Below are positions 40,660-55,494 of a stretch of DNA of 64,000 nt, piece after piece. The notes below the pieces were generated by a model. It was given only the letters and a program-made list of their open reading frames with translations, ran no database searches and had not been told where the DNA came from. Source of the DNA: Octopus vulgaris (taxonomy: Eukaryota); the NCBI GenBank assembly GCA_951406725.2, contig OX597820.1, positions 59,458,001-59,522,000 of the forward strand, read 5' to 3'. Every line of letters starts with the position of its first letter. The stretch's first letter is position 1. The translations under genes were made by a program, and so were the position numbers.

Positions 40660-41309
40660 ATATATACATACATACATACATACATACATACATACATACA
40701 TGCATACATACATACATATATATATATATATAGGGAAAGTTTACGAAAAAAACAAAAGACGAAGACAGGTGGTGTACAAAACAAGCAGATGTATTAATAT
40801 AACGCTCACACACACACACACACGTATGCATAATGTTTAAGTATATTTGTGTGCGTGTATATGTGTGTGTGAATGTATAGATCACACACGTTCACGGATA
40901 TGTGAGTACGTGTGTGTGGTATTCTTTATGCTCTTTAACACAGAAACTCATGTGAGCGTAAAGACCTCTACGGAACTTCGTGTGTGTATCTGTGTCTGAG
41001 TCGTATTTTGTGTGAGCATACAAAAACATGTACACTGGCACATAACACACTGGAGTACAGAGGCAATTTGCATTTTTGAATACGTACACACACACACACA
41101 TACACAAGAACGAACGCACGCACACACTCACACATATCCATATATGCGGCGACCTGACAGAAATGTCAGATCGACGAACGAAATGACTTGCAGTTGTCAA
41201 ACAATCTGAAACTTTGACAATTTTTTCTTTCTTTTCTTGCAAGCGTAAAATTAAATGCGTGACAATGTGTTGTTTTTATGTTGTTACACTGTTTATGTTA
41301 CGTTACAGT

Positions 41310-41375
<66 letters not shown>

Positions 41376-41376
<1 letters not shown>

Positions 41377-43660
41377 TAGCTAAATGACCCGGCATTACCC
41401 GGGTTACTGCTGTTCTTATCCAGATTAGTAAACAATAAATATGAAGATATATTTTTTTCTCCTAATTATTTTCAAAATATCTATATTTTATTTTAAAATA
41501 TCCAAATTGTAATGATAATAGAATTTATAACAGTACTCATTGTGTAATTATTTGTTGGTGTCGAAATGAATAAATTGTTGCTGCTTCGAAGTCGCGAGCA
41601 ACCAACATAGAATTGACCGTGGGAGAAGCATGTAGTTCAGAGATGAAATCCAATTACCTTGAGGGATTGACCCTGAGATTTGTTAATTGAAATACCAAAA
41701 CTTAGTTTGACTGGAAACTGAAGCGTCATAAATTCAAATGGAACATCTCTAGGTATGAGAGGAAGTTTTGGAACAATGACATTTTCTCTTTTGGAACTAC
41801 CTGCTATGATTGTTGCCTGTAGGACATGGGGCTTCATGGAAGTAACAATTAAGCGAGTTTCATTACACAGGTGAAGTGGGTCAAGATTCCTAAGCAACAT
41901 AATGGGAGCACTAAGTTTTAGTGTCAAGTTATGCGGTGGCATCTCAGTAGTTTTAAGTGTGTTCAGAAATTCAATAGGGTATTGAAAAACCTGACCGTGA
42001 TCGACTGTTGTCAGTTGATCGAAAAGTCATTTCTGATGTATCTGTTAACTTTTGAAGAAGTTCATGATTGAGTTTATTAACCAGTTCATTAGTTGGAGCC
42101 AGTATAACTCTTTCACACAGCTAATTTACATCAGTGTAATTGACAGATAAATACTTTATCCATAAGATCCCTAAAAGAAAGTATCATTTGATCGCATGTA
42201 GTTTCATGTAACTGAAGTCTTGAGTTGAATGTTAATAATCCCATTATCATTCTTAAGAAGCTCGTATGACCACCTTGTAAAAGTATTCTCATGTTGGCCT
42301 GTAAGATGAAGTTTTTTCCCATGTCTCCAAAGGTACGATTTTTGTAAGCATGCATTGACCTCATCATCTTTTGATCCTTTGGGGATAACTGGCGACGTTT
42401 GACGAATTTCTCTCGCAAGAAAGACTGTTACTCCTCCCATGAGCGTGATATTGTTTTTTATGTGTTGGAGGGTGCGTTCAAGTACGTCTAGAGCTCCACG
42501 ATGTGGCATAGTGCACTCACCCCAAACAATGACGCAAGTTTGTTGAAGAACTGCTGCCATTGCAGAGTTTTGGGAAATGTTGTACATTTCAGATTCTTTC
42601 ACTGCAAGCTTTAGAAGGAGCTTGAACATGGAATGAACAGTTCTTACCCCATTGAAGAGGATAGCTGCAATACCAGAAGATGCAACACTGGAAGAATTTA
42701 TTTCCTTCCATTTAGGATTGCAGGTGAAAATGACAAAAAGATCTGGTTTTCCATATGACCTGACACTTGTCATAGCATCTTGTGTTCGTTCATGCATATA
42801 TCGAGGACCACCTGTGAATGATGATGGGAGGACTGTAAGTTGCTCAATGTTTTGAATATCACCATCTGTCCACAGTCCATCTTGAAGATGAACATAATTT
42901 TGAGCCCTTAACTTTTTTATTGTTACGAACTTTAACTTGCATAGCAACCTGGTATTGCTGAAATAAATCACAATGTGTAATTGATTTGATTGTTCTAGTC
43001 TTAACATCTGTTGGTAAGAATGGAAGTCATTTGACAACACCATTTTGTTTGTAATTGGCTCTCGTGTTGCAGATTCAATTTGTGGAATATTGAAATGATA
43101 AGCATCTTGTCCATTCTACAAAATAAGAGGATACTGGAGGGCATCATAAGAGGGATGAATCTCTGAAACACATTTAAGGTTGTTATCTCGAGCACGAAGA
43201 GCGAGTTTACTCTAGACGTAATGAACACGGAAACACATACTCACAGACAAATACACACTCATATACATACGTACATGTATGTGTAGATGTGTGTGTTTAG
43301 TTGTCTGAGGCTTAACGTCTAAAAATTATCGCACATACAGTAGCACACACAGATAGTCTGACATACACTCACAAACATATTTCTCAGTCATCGGTCTAAA
43401 GTATGTAACGAACGCGCAAACACACACACTCATAGACACATACACACTCATATAGAAAATGTGACGTGGTGGTGGTATAAAATGTCGTTTACGATAGTTG
43501 ACTTATAGAAAGATTATAATATTAAATTTTTGTAATTCAATATGTAAATGAAAATAAAGTTTATTTGGTGGCCGAAAGGTTACTGAATCTTTTGACACTC
43601 CATACGTCAAAATCGGCAACTCACTTTTGGAATGCATAGGGAACACATGCATACACACAT
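41376..43660 (-). mobile_element. Internally deleted Helitron (Rep plus Pif1 helicase remnants) with intact 3' terminus
   Basis: LPSSFTGGPRYMHERTQDAM..VRSYGKPDLFVIFTCNPKWKEI (Rep), then ASSGIAA..RTVHSMFKL, PPHNLTLK..PIMLLRNL, QFPVKLSFGISINKSQGQSL and FSHGQFYVGCSR (Pif1). The 3' hairpin ACCCGG/CCGGGT (41387-41404) is followed by CTAG|T at 41379-41376. The 5' boundary is approximate. Confidence 0.92.
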
Positions 43661-43696
43661 ACACACACAGCAGTCTAAGACAACGGCAGTAATTTT

Positions 43697-43904
43697 ATTC
43701 AGCTGAATACACGTCATTGATTGGTTGAAATTACCTAAATACGACAACTTTAACAAAAAAATGACATCCAAAATACAGAATTTTCTCAACAACGCCAAGA
43801 GTAAAAATGTTTTATGTGACACATTCTACAAGTATACGAAGTTTGAAAGTGTTTAGTTACAAAAAAATTATTTTTTTAATTTGTCGGTCTAAAAGTAAAG
43901 ATCC
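43697..43904. mobile_element. One arm of the long-TIR element family also seen at 9885 and 30697
   Basis: Direct similarity to 9885-10096, ending AAAGATCC. Confidence 0.7.
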
Positions 43905-45953
43905 TTGACCTTTCCTGTTTTGTGCAAATATTGAGCAACTATTGAATGCTCAACGCTCATTTCTTCTGTAACATCTTAAATTAGTTTGTGTGGATCCTCT
44001 TCAATTGGTCGCTGTCAGTCATAGACAGTCAACTACAGCCTTTCACATTCTCAATACTCTTGTCTCTGCGAAATTTTGGAACTAATGTTAAGTCGTACAG
44101 TCGTTAACAGTACTCTAGCCAAATGATTGATTGATATTGCATGAGCTTCCTACTGCTTTGTGTTCCATTTTGGTCTCATACCACGATTTTGTTTTATCTG
44201 TATCTCTAACTACTTGAAAGCTTCAATAAATAAGCATAAATAGTGATAGGGAAACTATCAGCATAAATCAGTAGATTGTGCTTGAAAATGAACATAGTTA
44301 AATAAGAGAGCCGGTTTGTAATTCACAAATAAGGGTTCTTCATAAGAATTAGACAACATAAATAGGTAGTCATGTATGTATGTATGTATGCCGGCATATC
44401 ATTGCTTGTGTGGATCGCTGTATTATTATTTATGAATCTGTATATGTGTGCACGTGCTTGCAAGTGTGTGCGGTAGAGGTACCGATGATATGATTTGTCA
44501 TTCTGAGACAGATACTAAAGAATTATCAAGAACAAATATCGCTTCTCTGTATTATCTTCATCAACTGTAAACCGTGTTGTAAACTGTGCTGCTGAAAATA
44601 GGTGCATCTGCAATACTCATTAGCCTAATTGCAGTACTACATGACGGTGCACTTGTTCCATCCTAATGAAGCAGATGGTTACTGATAATTTTCAAACGAA
44701 CACTAGATTGAAAAAGAGGTGTGTCTGTGTTGTGTGTGTGGTGGTGGGGGTGGGTCTTCGTACCAACTCCTTTTTGTGTTTTGTACTTCAATGCCATGCT
44801 TGTAAACGTTTTCAGGAACACCTAGAATGACAGCAATTTCATAATGCTGCACTGACGGCAAGCTTCTTAAATTTAGAAAACTGAAACCCTAGAATAAATC
44901 CAACACGAGCATAGATCAGGAATTACTTTGCACTTACGATTGTACCATTGTTATCCCTTTGGAGGGAAACATATGTGACCTGTATGTATCTTGTAGCTCC
45001 AATTATAAGGAGTCAGTGTATTTTGACCATCGGGCTTGCAAGCACCTCATCCATGGTCCATCAGTGAGTTTCCTCTCCTGTATTTCACTACCTACATTGA
45101 CCTCAAGGAGACAGCTGACTTTCACAATAGAGCAGTGTTTATTATTTATTTTGCGGTCATAAACAACATTATAAAATCAGTTGTTTTAATTCAGAAGCTG
45201 TTTATATTTTTACGCTTCCCTGATATTCTTTTGGTCTATCGGTTTCACTAATTTTATACTTATTTGTTATCATTTATTTTTACTCTGTTCGAGATTGTTT
45301 CTGGCTGCAACGCCGCGTCCAACGAGAGGGTAATTTCCAGGGGACATTCTCTCACAATTACCAGTGATTAGACTTATTTGGGCTTTGCGAAGCCTACATT
45401 CTTGTCAGTTGATGATTTGTGTCTTTCTTTGTAGAAGGTACAAAGTGTGGAAGATATGTGGGTGGGGGTTATTGCACCTGAAATGCATGGAGGTAACTGT
45501 CATGGTGAGATGTTATGAAAGTATCAGTACTTCATACTAGTCTTGTTTATTCCCTCTATAATCTATATTTTCCGTATTATTTTGGTATAGTTTGTGATTT
45601 TTTTGTAGTGTTAAGTAGGATTTTCCAGTGTTTTTTTTTTTTTTTGAGAGAGAGAGAGAGAGAGACTGTGTCAGTTTTATTTCATATTTCCCCTCAAGTC
45701 CATTAGTTATACTAATGATGTTTTTGTTTGCCTGCTCACAGATTTGAGTAGTGTAGTTGCAGAGATTTTTCTCTGTTGGAAATATTTCTTCAGTGTTACA
45801 ATCTAGAACTTATGACTATGTACATATGCCTGTATGTTTTCCTAGTTTTATTTTTCAAATTTCTCACCAGTGAAAAACAACCGGTTTCTAGCTTAGAAAC
45901 AAGGTTCTTTCGCTGGAATTTAAACAGTATTAACAGAGTAATGCACCAAATTA

Positions 45954-45985
<32 letters not shown>

Positions 45986-46025
45986 CGTGCACACACAAAC
46001 ATGGATGCATTGTGTATACAATCAG

Positions 46026-46560
46026 AAATTTATTCTTTTGCAATCCAAGTGCAGAGTAGAATTTAAAAAACATACATGTTGAAAAAAAAAAAAATTCCGA
46101 AGCACTTGAACCCCCAACAGTAGTAATATCTTCCATTGATATGTGACATTTTGGTCACATGTAATCAGCAGCTGCTTGCAAATGTCACCTTCCGATGTGA
46201 CATGGCGTTGTTGCTAAAACGATATACAATACCATTTGTAGGAAAATAATACTCTAGGACAAAATATATAAAATATTTCTGATGTTCAGTACGTTGCAGT
46301 ATAAAAATGTTGGGAAACATTTCCATCAAAATTTCCGGCAATTGCAAACACATCAGGCTAAACCTCTTCAATGTTTTACATATTTTCACGGTGCTTTGAT
46401 AGCTTGTATCTGTAATCTCTAGATTGGTTTTGTGCAACCGAGTTACTCTAGAAGGGCACTGAAAGAGTTACTGATCGATCTGAGTGCTTTAATAACTGTA
46501 GGTGGATATCTAAAGTTATGGTCATGGATGGAGTAGCTGGAAATTTTTCACCAGTAGATG

Positions 46561-46604
<44 letters not shown>

Positions 46605-46860
46605 GAAGGTTTGCAAATGCAAAGGTCTTTTAGAGATGTTTATTGACTTGAACGGTTTCACTTTTTTAGAAAAAGATTATCTAAAGTAAAATGTAAAGCT
46701 TTGTATAAGCTTTGTTGAGTTGAAAAATGGTTATCACAAAAGTATTAAAATACAGTCTTTGATAATGATAAGAAACTGTTAAAACAGTTTACATGAAAGT
46801 GTTCAAGAAAGGGAATACAATCAATATTTTGAGTTCAATAAAAATCATGTTTGTGTGGTA

Positions 46861-46896
<36 letters not shown>

Positions 46897-47510
46897 GGAG
46901 ATATATTTAAGAATTTACAAAAAATTGGAGAGGAATACCTGACCTGTCTGTCAGACAGACAGGTCAGTTATTCCTCTCCAATTTTTTGCAAATGACTATT
47001 ACCTAGTTCAGTTACCGAAAAACTATAAATATTCGTGATGCACCAATATTCATGGTGGAGAAGATGCGGCTTTCGATCAGATGTCTATAGGTGTTCTTAT
47101 TGATTTAAAAAGAAATAGATCTTTTGCGTTGCTGACCTTTCACAACAGTTTATGCATTTTCCTCTTCTTCTAACCCTAAAAACTATATCAAGCCTGTTTT
47201 GTTTGCATTTGTCGGAAGTTTTAGATGGGAATGTACTGAACATCAGAAATATCTTATATATTTGTCCCAGAGTATTATTTTCCTACAAATAGCATTGTAT
47301 ATTGTTTTAGCGACAACGTCATGCTACTTCGGAAGGTAGTACCTTGGTGACATTTGCAAGCAGCTGTTGATCACATGTAACCAAAATGTCACATATCAAT
47401 GGAAGATATTACTTATGTTAGGGGTTCAAGCGCTTCACTGTGATTTTTGTTCAACAGGTATATTTTTTTAAAATTCTATTCTACACTTAGATTGCAAAAG
47501 TATAATTTAC
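46026..47510. repeat. Diverged inverted repeat of about 330 bp enclosing (TA)n-flanked inserts and a 40-bp-arm palindrome
   Basis: About 46026-46360 is the reverse complement of about 47190-47510 (e.g. GTAATATCTTCCATTGATATGTGACATTTTGG vs CCAAAATGTCACATATCAATGGAAGATATTAC). Palindrome at 46913-46993. Confidence 0.88.
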
Positions 47511-48332
47511 TGGAAACATACTCATGCATAAATCCTTGAGAGTTTCTCCTCCAAGTCGTTGCTGAGTTTGGTTCATTAGGCAGTTCTGTGGTGACATGGA
47601 ACATTTTCAAGAATTAAATTATTCTTTACGAGTTTGCTCGTGACCCGTAAGATGAAGATATTTTTACTATCGAGCATTTTGTTGATGTTTTGGCTATTGC
47701 TGTTTAACAAATAGTGCCTGAATAATACCATACGACACTCAACGACTCTCTAGACTTCCGTCGTTTCCTCGTTTTTTGTTCTTAAGTAGAACATATCGAT
47801 GTCTCTATTCCTTCGGAAATTTCCAGTTTATGCTAGGATCTTACGGGTTTTTACATGAATGGAGCGAAATTTCTCTGTAGTCAAGAATTCGAGGAAGAGG
47901 GAGAAAGAGAGAGAGAGAGAGGTAGAGATAGAGATAGGTAGAAGTAGAGAGAGAGAGAAGGGATATAAAATACCAGATGTATTTAGATTGATGAAGACAG
48001 GTAGGCAAACAGAGAAAGTGAGTAGAAATTGACTATCAATGAAACAGAAAATGAAACTGAGAAAACATTCAATTGAAAAAACAGAAAACGGAAAATTACT
48101 ATAAAATATTGCTACATATCGTCTATATGTATAACAATATATCTATGTACATCTTTCATGTTGTACTTGTTTTAGTCATTAGACAGCGGCCATGTTGGGA
48201 CACTGCCTTGAAGAATTTTTAGTCGAATAAATCGATCCCAATACTTATTTTATTTTTCATTTTGCCGAACCGCTAGGTTATGGGGACGTAAACACACCAA
48301 CACCGTTTGTAAAGGGACACACACACACATAC

Positions 48333-48399
<67 letters not shown>

Positions 48400-48564
48400 A
48401 TGGGCTTTTCTCAATTTCCGTCACAAGTTTTTGATCTGCCAAAATCTATAGCAGAAGACGCTTGCTCAAGGTGCTACAGAGTGGGATTGAACCCGGTACC
48501 ATGTAGTTATGAAGTGCCGAAGCAAGCTTCTTTCCACACACCAACGCCTGCGCCTATCTACCTG

Positions 48565-48703
<139 letters not shown>

Positions 48704-49753
48704 CACACACACACACACACACACACATACACACATATATACACAAACACACACACATATTAGACGGGGTCAGCAGTGTAACGATGGGGTTAAGGTGTTT
48801 GTCGCCAATTGTAACGGTAGGGCTCACCAATTGTAACGGTTGTCGTTAAGGTGTTGGTTGCACGTGTAACGGTTTGCATTAGCGGTTGTATCGGGTGTTA
48901 CTGTTGTAGATGTGCAAAATGGAGGAAGAACATTGTTCGAAGTTATAAAGAAATATTTATTTACTGTTACTTTGTATAATGCCATGCCTCGACGGGCAGG
49001 TGTGTGTATCATATAAAAACAATAGAGTTATCTTTTTTTGTATGGTGTTGCTGTTTATGTTTGGTCAACTGTTAGCTGCTTAACTAGGAATTAGAGGAAG
49101 ATAGAGTGAATGTTAAGTGTAGGAAGTCGATAAAATGATACCTTTATTGTGCCTGACATTTAAACAGCAGTGATGTTGTGATAAGACACTGTATCATAGT
49201 TGACATTCTCAATGTAAGCCTTCTCTAAGTTGAATTATCTTACTAACTAGATTCTTCTGCCTGTGGTCGCCTCTACGTCATCTCCTTTTCGCCAACTAAT
49301 TTTTTCCTACGGTGTTTTAGCATTCCGTTGGCGGTCTGTTATCTCTATTCTAGTTTTTGGTGGCCTAGAAGAGGTTAGAAGGGTCAAGTGGCAAAGACAT
49401 TATTCTGACCAATTTAACTACTGTCACTCACTGAAAACGATTGTTTTACCGTGAGAAAAGTACTGTTGAACTGTTATGTGAAATTTGATGATCGAGGATC
49501 GAATCCACGGTATGCCTGCATGAAGCCACTATATATACACATGAGTGGCTGTGTGGCAAGTAGCTTGCATGGCACCTTGGGCAAGAGTCTTCTATTGTAG
49601 CCTCGGGCTGACCAAAGCCTTGTGAATGGATTTGGTAGATGGAAACTGAAAGAAGCCCCTCGTATATATATATATACACCCACTTACATGCGCCTAAAAG
49701 TATACCCTCATTCACCCTCACTTGAAACGTACACATTATCACCCGCACCATTC

Positions 49754-49813
<60 letters not shown>

Positions 49814-49820
<7 letters not shown>

Positions 49821-50438
49821 GTTAAAACAACACAAACTGGGACAAGAACGTGAAACATTTTGAAGACGACAAAAAAACACACAGAAGCTCTCAGTCATCA
49901 GTCAAGAACCAGATCATCTTCGCAATTTCGGCTGATTAATCTTGAGATTGCTCCAATCTGGGAAGCCCGCCAAGGGAAATCTAAGCCAGTCGCATTAGAT
50001 TCCTTGGAAGAAAACCTCGAAAGTATACAACACGGTGACGGAAAAACGGACGATGTTACTCGAAAAAAATTCAAAAATACGTACAAACAATAACGATAGC
50101 ACGGATAAGAATACAAAATAACGTAAAAACAATAATAACAAAACCAGGACGTCAGGACAAGCGTCTTTCGACAGGACGAGTTGACACACACACACACGCG
50201 CACCCCAAAAGTTCATACACGCGTCTATATACGCACAAGCACACGAAAATATAGACGTGTGTATGAACTTTTTGGGTGCGCGTGTGTGTGTGTGAATTGT
50301 ATTTCCACCTCGGCATCCGAAACTCGGAGTTTTATCATGGCTACCGAATAATTGTCACATATTACTTTTACAGATAAATTCCTCTATTTACATAATATCG
50401 AGGACTGTTTCATTGTTTTGTTGTCTTACCATTTTTAT

Positions 50439-50442
<4 letters not shown>
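49814..50442. mobile_element. Non-coding insert between (TA)n tracts, probable Penelope-like LTR relic
   Basis: Complex sequence bounded on both sides by long (TA)n, with an internal inverted repeat at 50185-50294 and a CGAAACTCGGAGT half-hammerhead-like motif at about 50318. The family call is inference. Confidence 0.4.
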
Positions 50443-50497
<55 letters not shown>

Positions 50498-50562
50498 AAA
50501 CTCTACTTTGAAACTTCCACCATAGCTGTGAGAAATTTGCATAATGAGAAAGCACCAATTAC

Positions 50563-50760
50563 TCTTTTACTCTTTTACTTGTTTCAGTCATTTGACTTTG
50601 GCCATGCTGGAGCACAGCCTTTGGTCGAGCAAATCGACCAAGGTCTTATTCTTTATAAGCCTAGTACTTATTCTATCGGTCTATTTTGCTGAACCGCTAA
50701 GTTACGGGGACGTAAACACATCAGCATCAGTTGTCAAGCGAAGTTGGGGGGAAAAACACT

Positions 50761-50850
<90 letters not shown>

Positions 50851-51029
50851 CATATACATATATACGACGGGCTTCTTTCAGTTTCCGTCTACCAAATCCA
50901 CTCACAAGACTTTGGTCGGCCCGAGGCTATGATAGAAGACACTTGCCCAAGGTTCCACACAGTGGGACTGAACCCGGAACCATGTGGTTCGTAAGCAAGC
51001 TACTTACCACACAGCCACTCCTACGCCTA
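50563..51029 (-). mobile_element. CORE-like SINE
   Basis: Full reverse-complement copy with an internal microsatellite. Confidence 0.88.
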
Positions 51030-51587
51030 CAAGAAATAATTGTTGAAAACTTATGCGAGATATTGGTGTGCTACAGAAAATCATTGATATACATGTTTAA
51101 AAGATCTATGGCTGGCCAAATTCACAAACGGAATTGGCTAGCCATAGCTCGGACAAACTTATAGCGAAGAAGGAAAATACTGACTTGACAAAAAGACTAT
51201 AAACATATTGTTCGCATAAATAGTATGTATATATTATTTTAAGCAAGCGATTTAAATAAGGCTCATATACAGACGTTCCCCTAGGAAACATGATTCGTTT
51301 ATAGTATTGCTATAACAAGAAATTCACTCAGTCCAAGACTTGTGAAAAGCAGGGTATATTTTCACTGCGTCATCATTCTCATTTTCAGTTCTTTCTTTGA
51401 GACATAAGTTACCACTGGGTAGCAACTCTCTTTCGTCCTCTGTCTCTACAACTGTATATACAGCTTCCTGTAACAAATCCAAAGTAACCTCTTAAACATT
51501 CACTTTTTTGCATCAACGAATTTAAATATAAATTTATAATCAAGATAAAACAGTTTGAAGTTTTGCATCAAGTAACCATAAAAATAG

Positions 51588-51633
<46 letters not shown>

Positions 51634-52074
51634 TGCGGCCTTTTTGCAGCACTGTCTTTAGTCGAGCAAATCGACTCCAGGACTTCTAGTACATATTATA
51701 TTGGTCTCTTTTGCCGAACTTCTAAGTTACGGGGACGTATTCACACCACCATCGGTTGTCAAGCGATATTGGGGGTACAAACACAGACACACGTGCATGT
51801 ATGGGCATGTACATATTCATGTTTGTGTGAGTGTGTACGTATATAGACGTTATGAACGCAGGAGGTTTTTATGTCTATGTATTGTGAGAATATGGTTGCT
51901 TGTATTTTCTATCTTTTATACTTTTTCCTACCCATTACAGTAACTTCCTTTTTATTCAACGGCTTTTTACAGCGTTTATTGTCATAATAACTGATGAGAA
52001 TGCATCGTAGCTCTTACCTCCGGCATGACAACTTACTGATTTCCTATACATACATACATACATACATACATACA

Positions 52075-52107
<33 letters not shown>

Positions 52108-52992
52108 GATGCTGATATAGTATTCTTTCTTGATTATATTTATCCATGATAAATCGTGATTGAAACCTTTCATTTCACTCCAAATCTTAGACCAACACAA
52201 TGTATAATATGCCTAAAAAGGGTTCTTTTTACGCTGATATTGTCGTTCTTCATCCTCTGACACGCATCTAGCAAATTAGAAGCAGTCTTTTGGGTAATGT
52301 TTGTTCGTTGAAGTATTCTTTTTTTATTTATTTGTTTTTTTTTTTCACCCAGTATCTTGAGTTAATGTTTTAAAATAATTTCCCTTAAGACTTTTGGTGT
52401 AGAATCTTATTTGAGTCAGTTTTTATAAGGTAGTTGGTGTGCTGTGAGATTATTCGCTTTACACTTTAACTGTTAGCTACATTCCTGATTTCGTGGTTGA
52501 TGCTTTCTTGTTTCATTTTCTGCTTAGGCTCTGCTTACGTAGAGAGTTAAGTACTTACCACATGCACTGCAGATATCTACTACATGTTTCTCCAGATGAT
52601 AGTTATATACAGATAGATGTTGAATCTCTAGTATTTGTTATCACACACTAGTACACGACCCATTGTTTTATGCATTGAATAAGCAGTGACGCAGCTAGAA
52701 TGTGTGCTGCCTGTGGCAGCCCTTGTGTTTGCGCCTTCTTGCCCTCCAAAGTCCCCAAGCTTATACAGCAGACCTAAAAATGCCACTCCCATGAAAGCGT
52801 CGCCCGGGGTGGACTATCTACCCTCTCCCTCCCCCTCTCTCAGCTATACATAAGTCACATTTTACTTGTATGAAATTTAGGTATATATTGAATAAATAAA
52901 TAAAGGTAAGACAATACTTAAATAAAAGAAATATATAATAGAGCAAAATATTTATTAGTTGTTATCACTTTTTTTTTTATATTTCTCTAGAC

Positions 52993-53912
<920 letters not shown>

Positions 53913-54113
53913 CTCTAGACGATGTTATTTAACAATATTTTTCAAACAGGAAGTTTTAGCAATCAAACAAAGTCTGTATATGCAAGATTTTTCGTGAATG
54001 TAACATTTTCATGCCTGCGACATACCTTCAATATAGTGGGATAACTTTGACCAACGAAAAATTTTTTTCTTGTGATGAATCCCTATCTATTTTGAAAGCA
54101 ACATTATCTGACT

Positions 54114-54303
54114 CAGTGCTGGATTTAGGACAAATGAGGCCCTGTTCTACTCAAGTTATGAGGTCCCTTTACATGGACAGTCAGGTATACATGCTTAGAA
54201 AATTTAGGAGTAGTTAGAATTTTAGGGGCAAGAAGATGGGCCTCCTTAGTCAACGGGGCCCTGTGCTTAAGCTCACCAAAGTACAATGGTAAATCCGGCA
54301 CTG
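54114..54303. mobile_element. 190-bp hAT-type MITE
   Basis: TIRs CAGTGCTGGATTTA and TAAATCCGGCACTG, with flanks ATCTGACT and ATCTGACC (8-bp TSD, 7/8 match). Confidence 0.85.
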
Positions 54304-54801
54304 ATCTGACCATATGAAAGCGAGATAAATACTTCTTTACCCTAGATCTTGCTTATTGACATGGAAAATGATGTAGGTATGGTAGGGAATTGATACCATC
54401 TTAAAGCGAAGGGCAAATCTGTATCGAATGATTGCATGATGATACATGGAATCAGCAAAGAACGTGCTGCATCGACACTAGTAATTTTAATTGTTCTTAG
54501 AGAAGTGTCTGATTTCTTCATAATGGTTGTTTGAAACGAATCAATCAGCTATCTTTTTGAAATGATGAAAAAGAAAGAACTAAGGTGGTAGTGAATCTGG
54601 GTTATTTGTGTGTTGAGAAGAAAGAAGGAATTACGGAAGGTAAGATAGAAGGAAAGAACAAACAGAGACGGAAGGATAGAAAGAGAAAAAAGATTGGAAG
54701 AGAAAACCAGAGAGAAAAGAGACAAAGAAGGAAAGTGATAGATGAGGAATAAAAGAGAAAAAGAAGGAAAGAAAGAAGAACAGAAAGAGTGAATGAAAAC
54801 C

Positions 54802-54851
<50 letters not shown>

Positions 54852-55494
54852 GAAGTGAAGAAAAAAGAGAGGAGGAAAGGGGGAAAAACAAAGAGAGAAA
54901 AATTAAAGAGAGTAAACGAAAATGGGAGAAGACACAGAAAGTGAGACTGAATGAGAAAAAGAAAAAGGAAAGATAGGAAAGAGAAGTAAAAGAGAGAAGG
55001 AATGAAGAAAATGAAAAAGAGAAACAGAGAGGTGGCAGAGAGAGAAGGGGGGTGGAGAGAGAGAAAGTTAGATGGAAATCACGAACCGAACCGGCAGTTG
55101 TATAATAGAACGACTGATTTCAGGTTTGCAACGAACGGTATCATCAATAATTTTTAACATTACGTTTATTTTCCCCCTTCTGCAAAATAGACCGTTGAGA
55201 GAATTTAGAAACATTCTGCTCAAACTACGGTTTTAAATTGTTTTAAAATTAGATATTTTCTACAGTCATCAATCAAATCACTTTCGTGCAGAAAGATATG
55301 CTGAGTTGAAGTGAGGGTGTGAGTATTAGCGACGTGATCGGGAGATTTATTTATATATTAATCGCTCTCTTCTGTAGTCACTTTGGTTGTCACTGGAGTT
55401 AGAATAATGATTGCTACCTTTGACAGAATTCTAAAAAGGAAAAAGCCACTCACCCCACCAAAAAAAAAAAAAATAATAAAAACAATCAACAACA

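Noticed and set aside
40118-40840. 240-aa ORF and recurrent peptides such as [12 protein letters not shown] and [13 protein letters not shown]
   Set aside because: Read-through of SINE copies plus microsatellites. The same peptides recur at every SINE.
49900-50005. Minus-strand hammerhead candidate (CTAATGC...GCCGAAATTGCG)
   Set aside because: The core has multiple mismatches and there is no valid stem III or cleavage triplet.
51005-51015. TACCACACA in CORE-like SINE heads as Gli sites
   Set aside because: It is part of the SINE A-box, has two mismatches from consensus and would occur genome-wide, so there is no locus-specific evidence.
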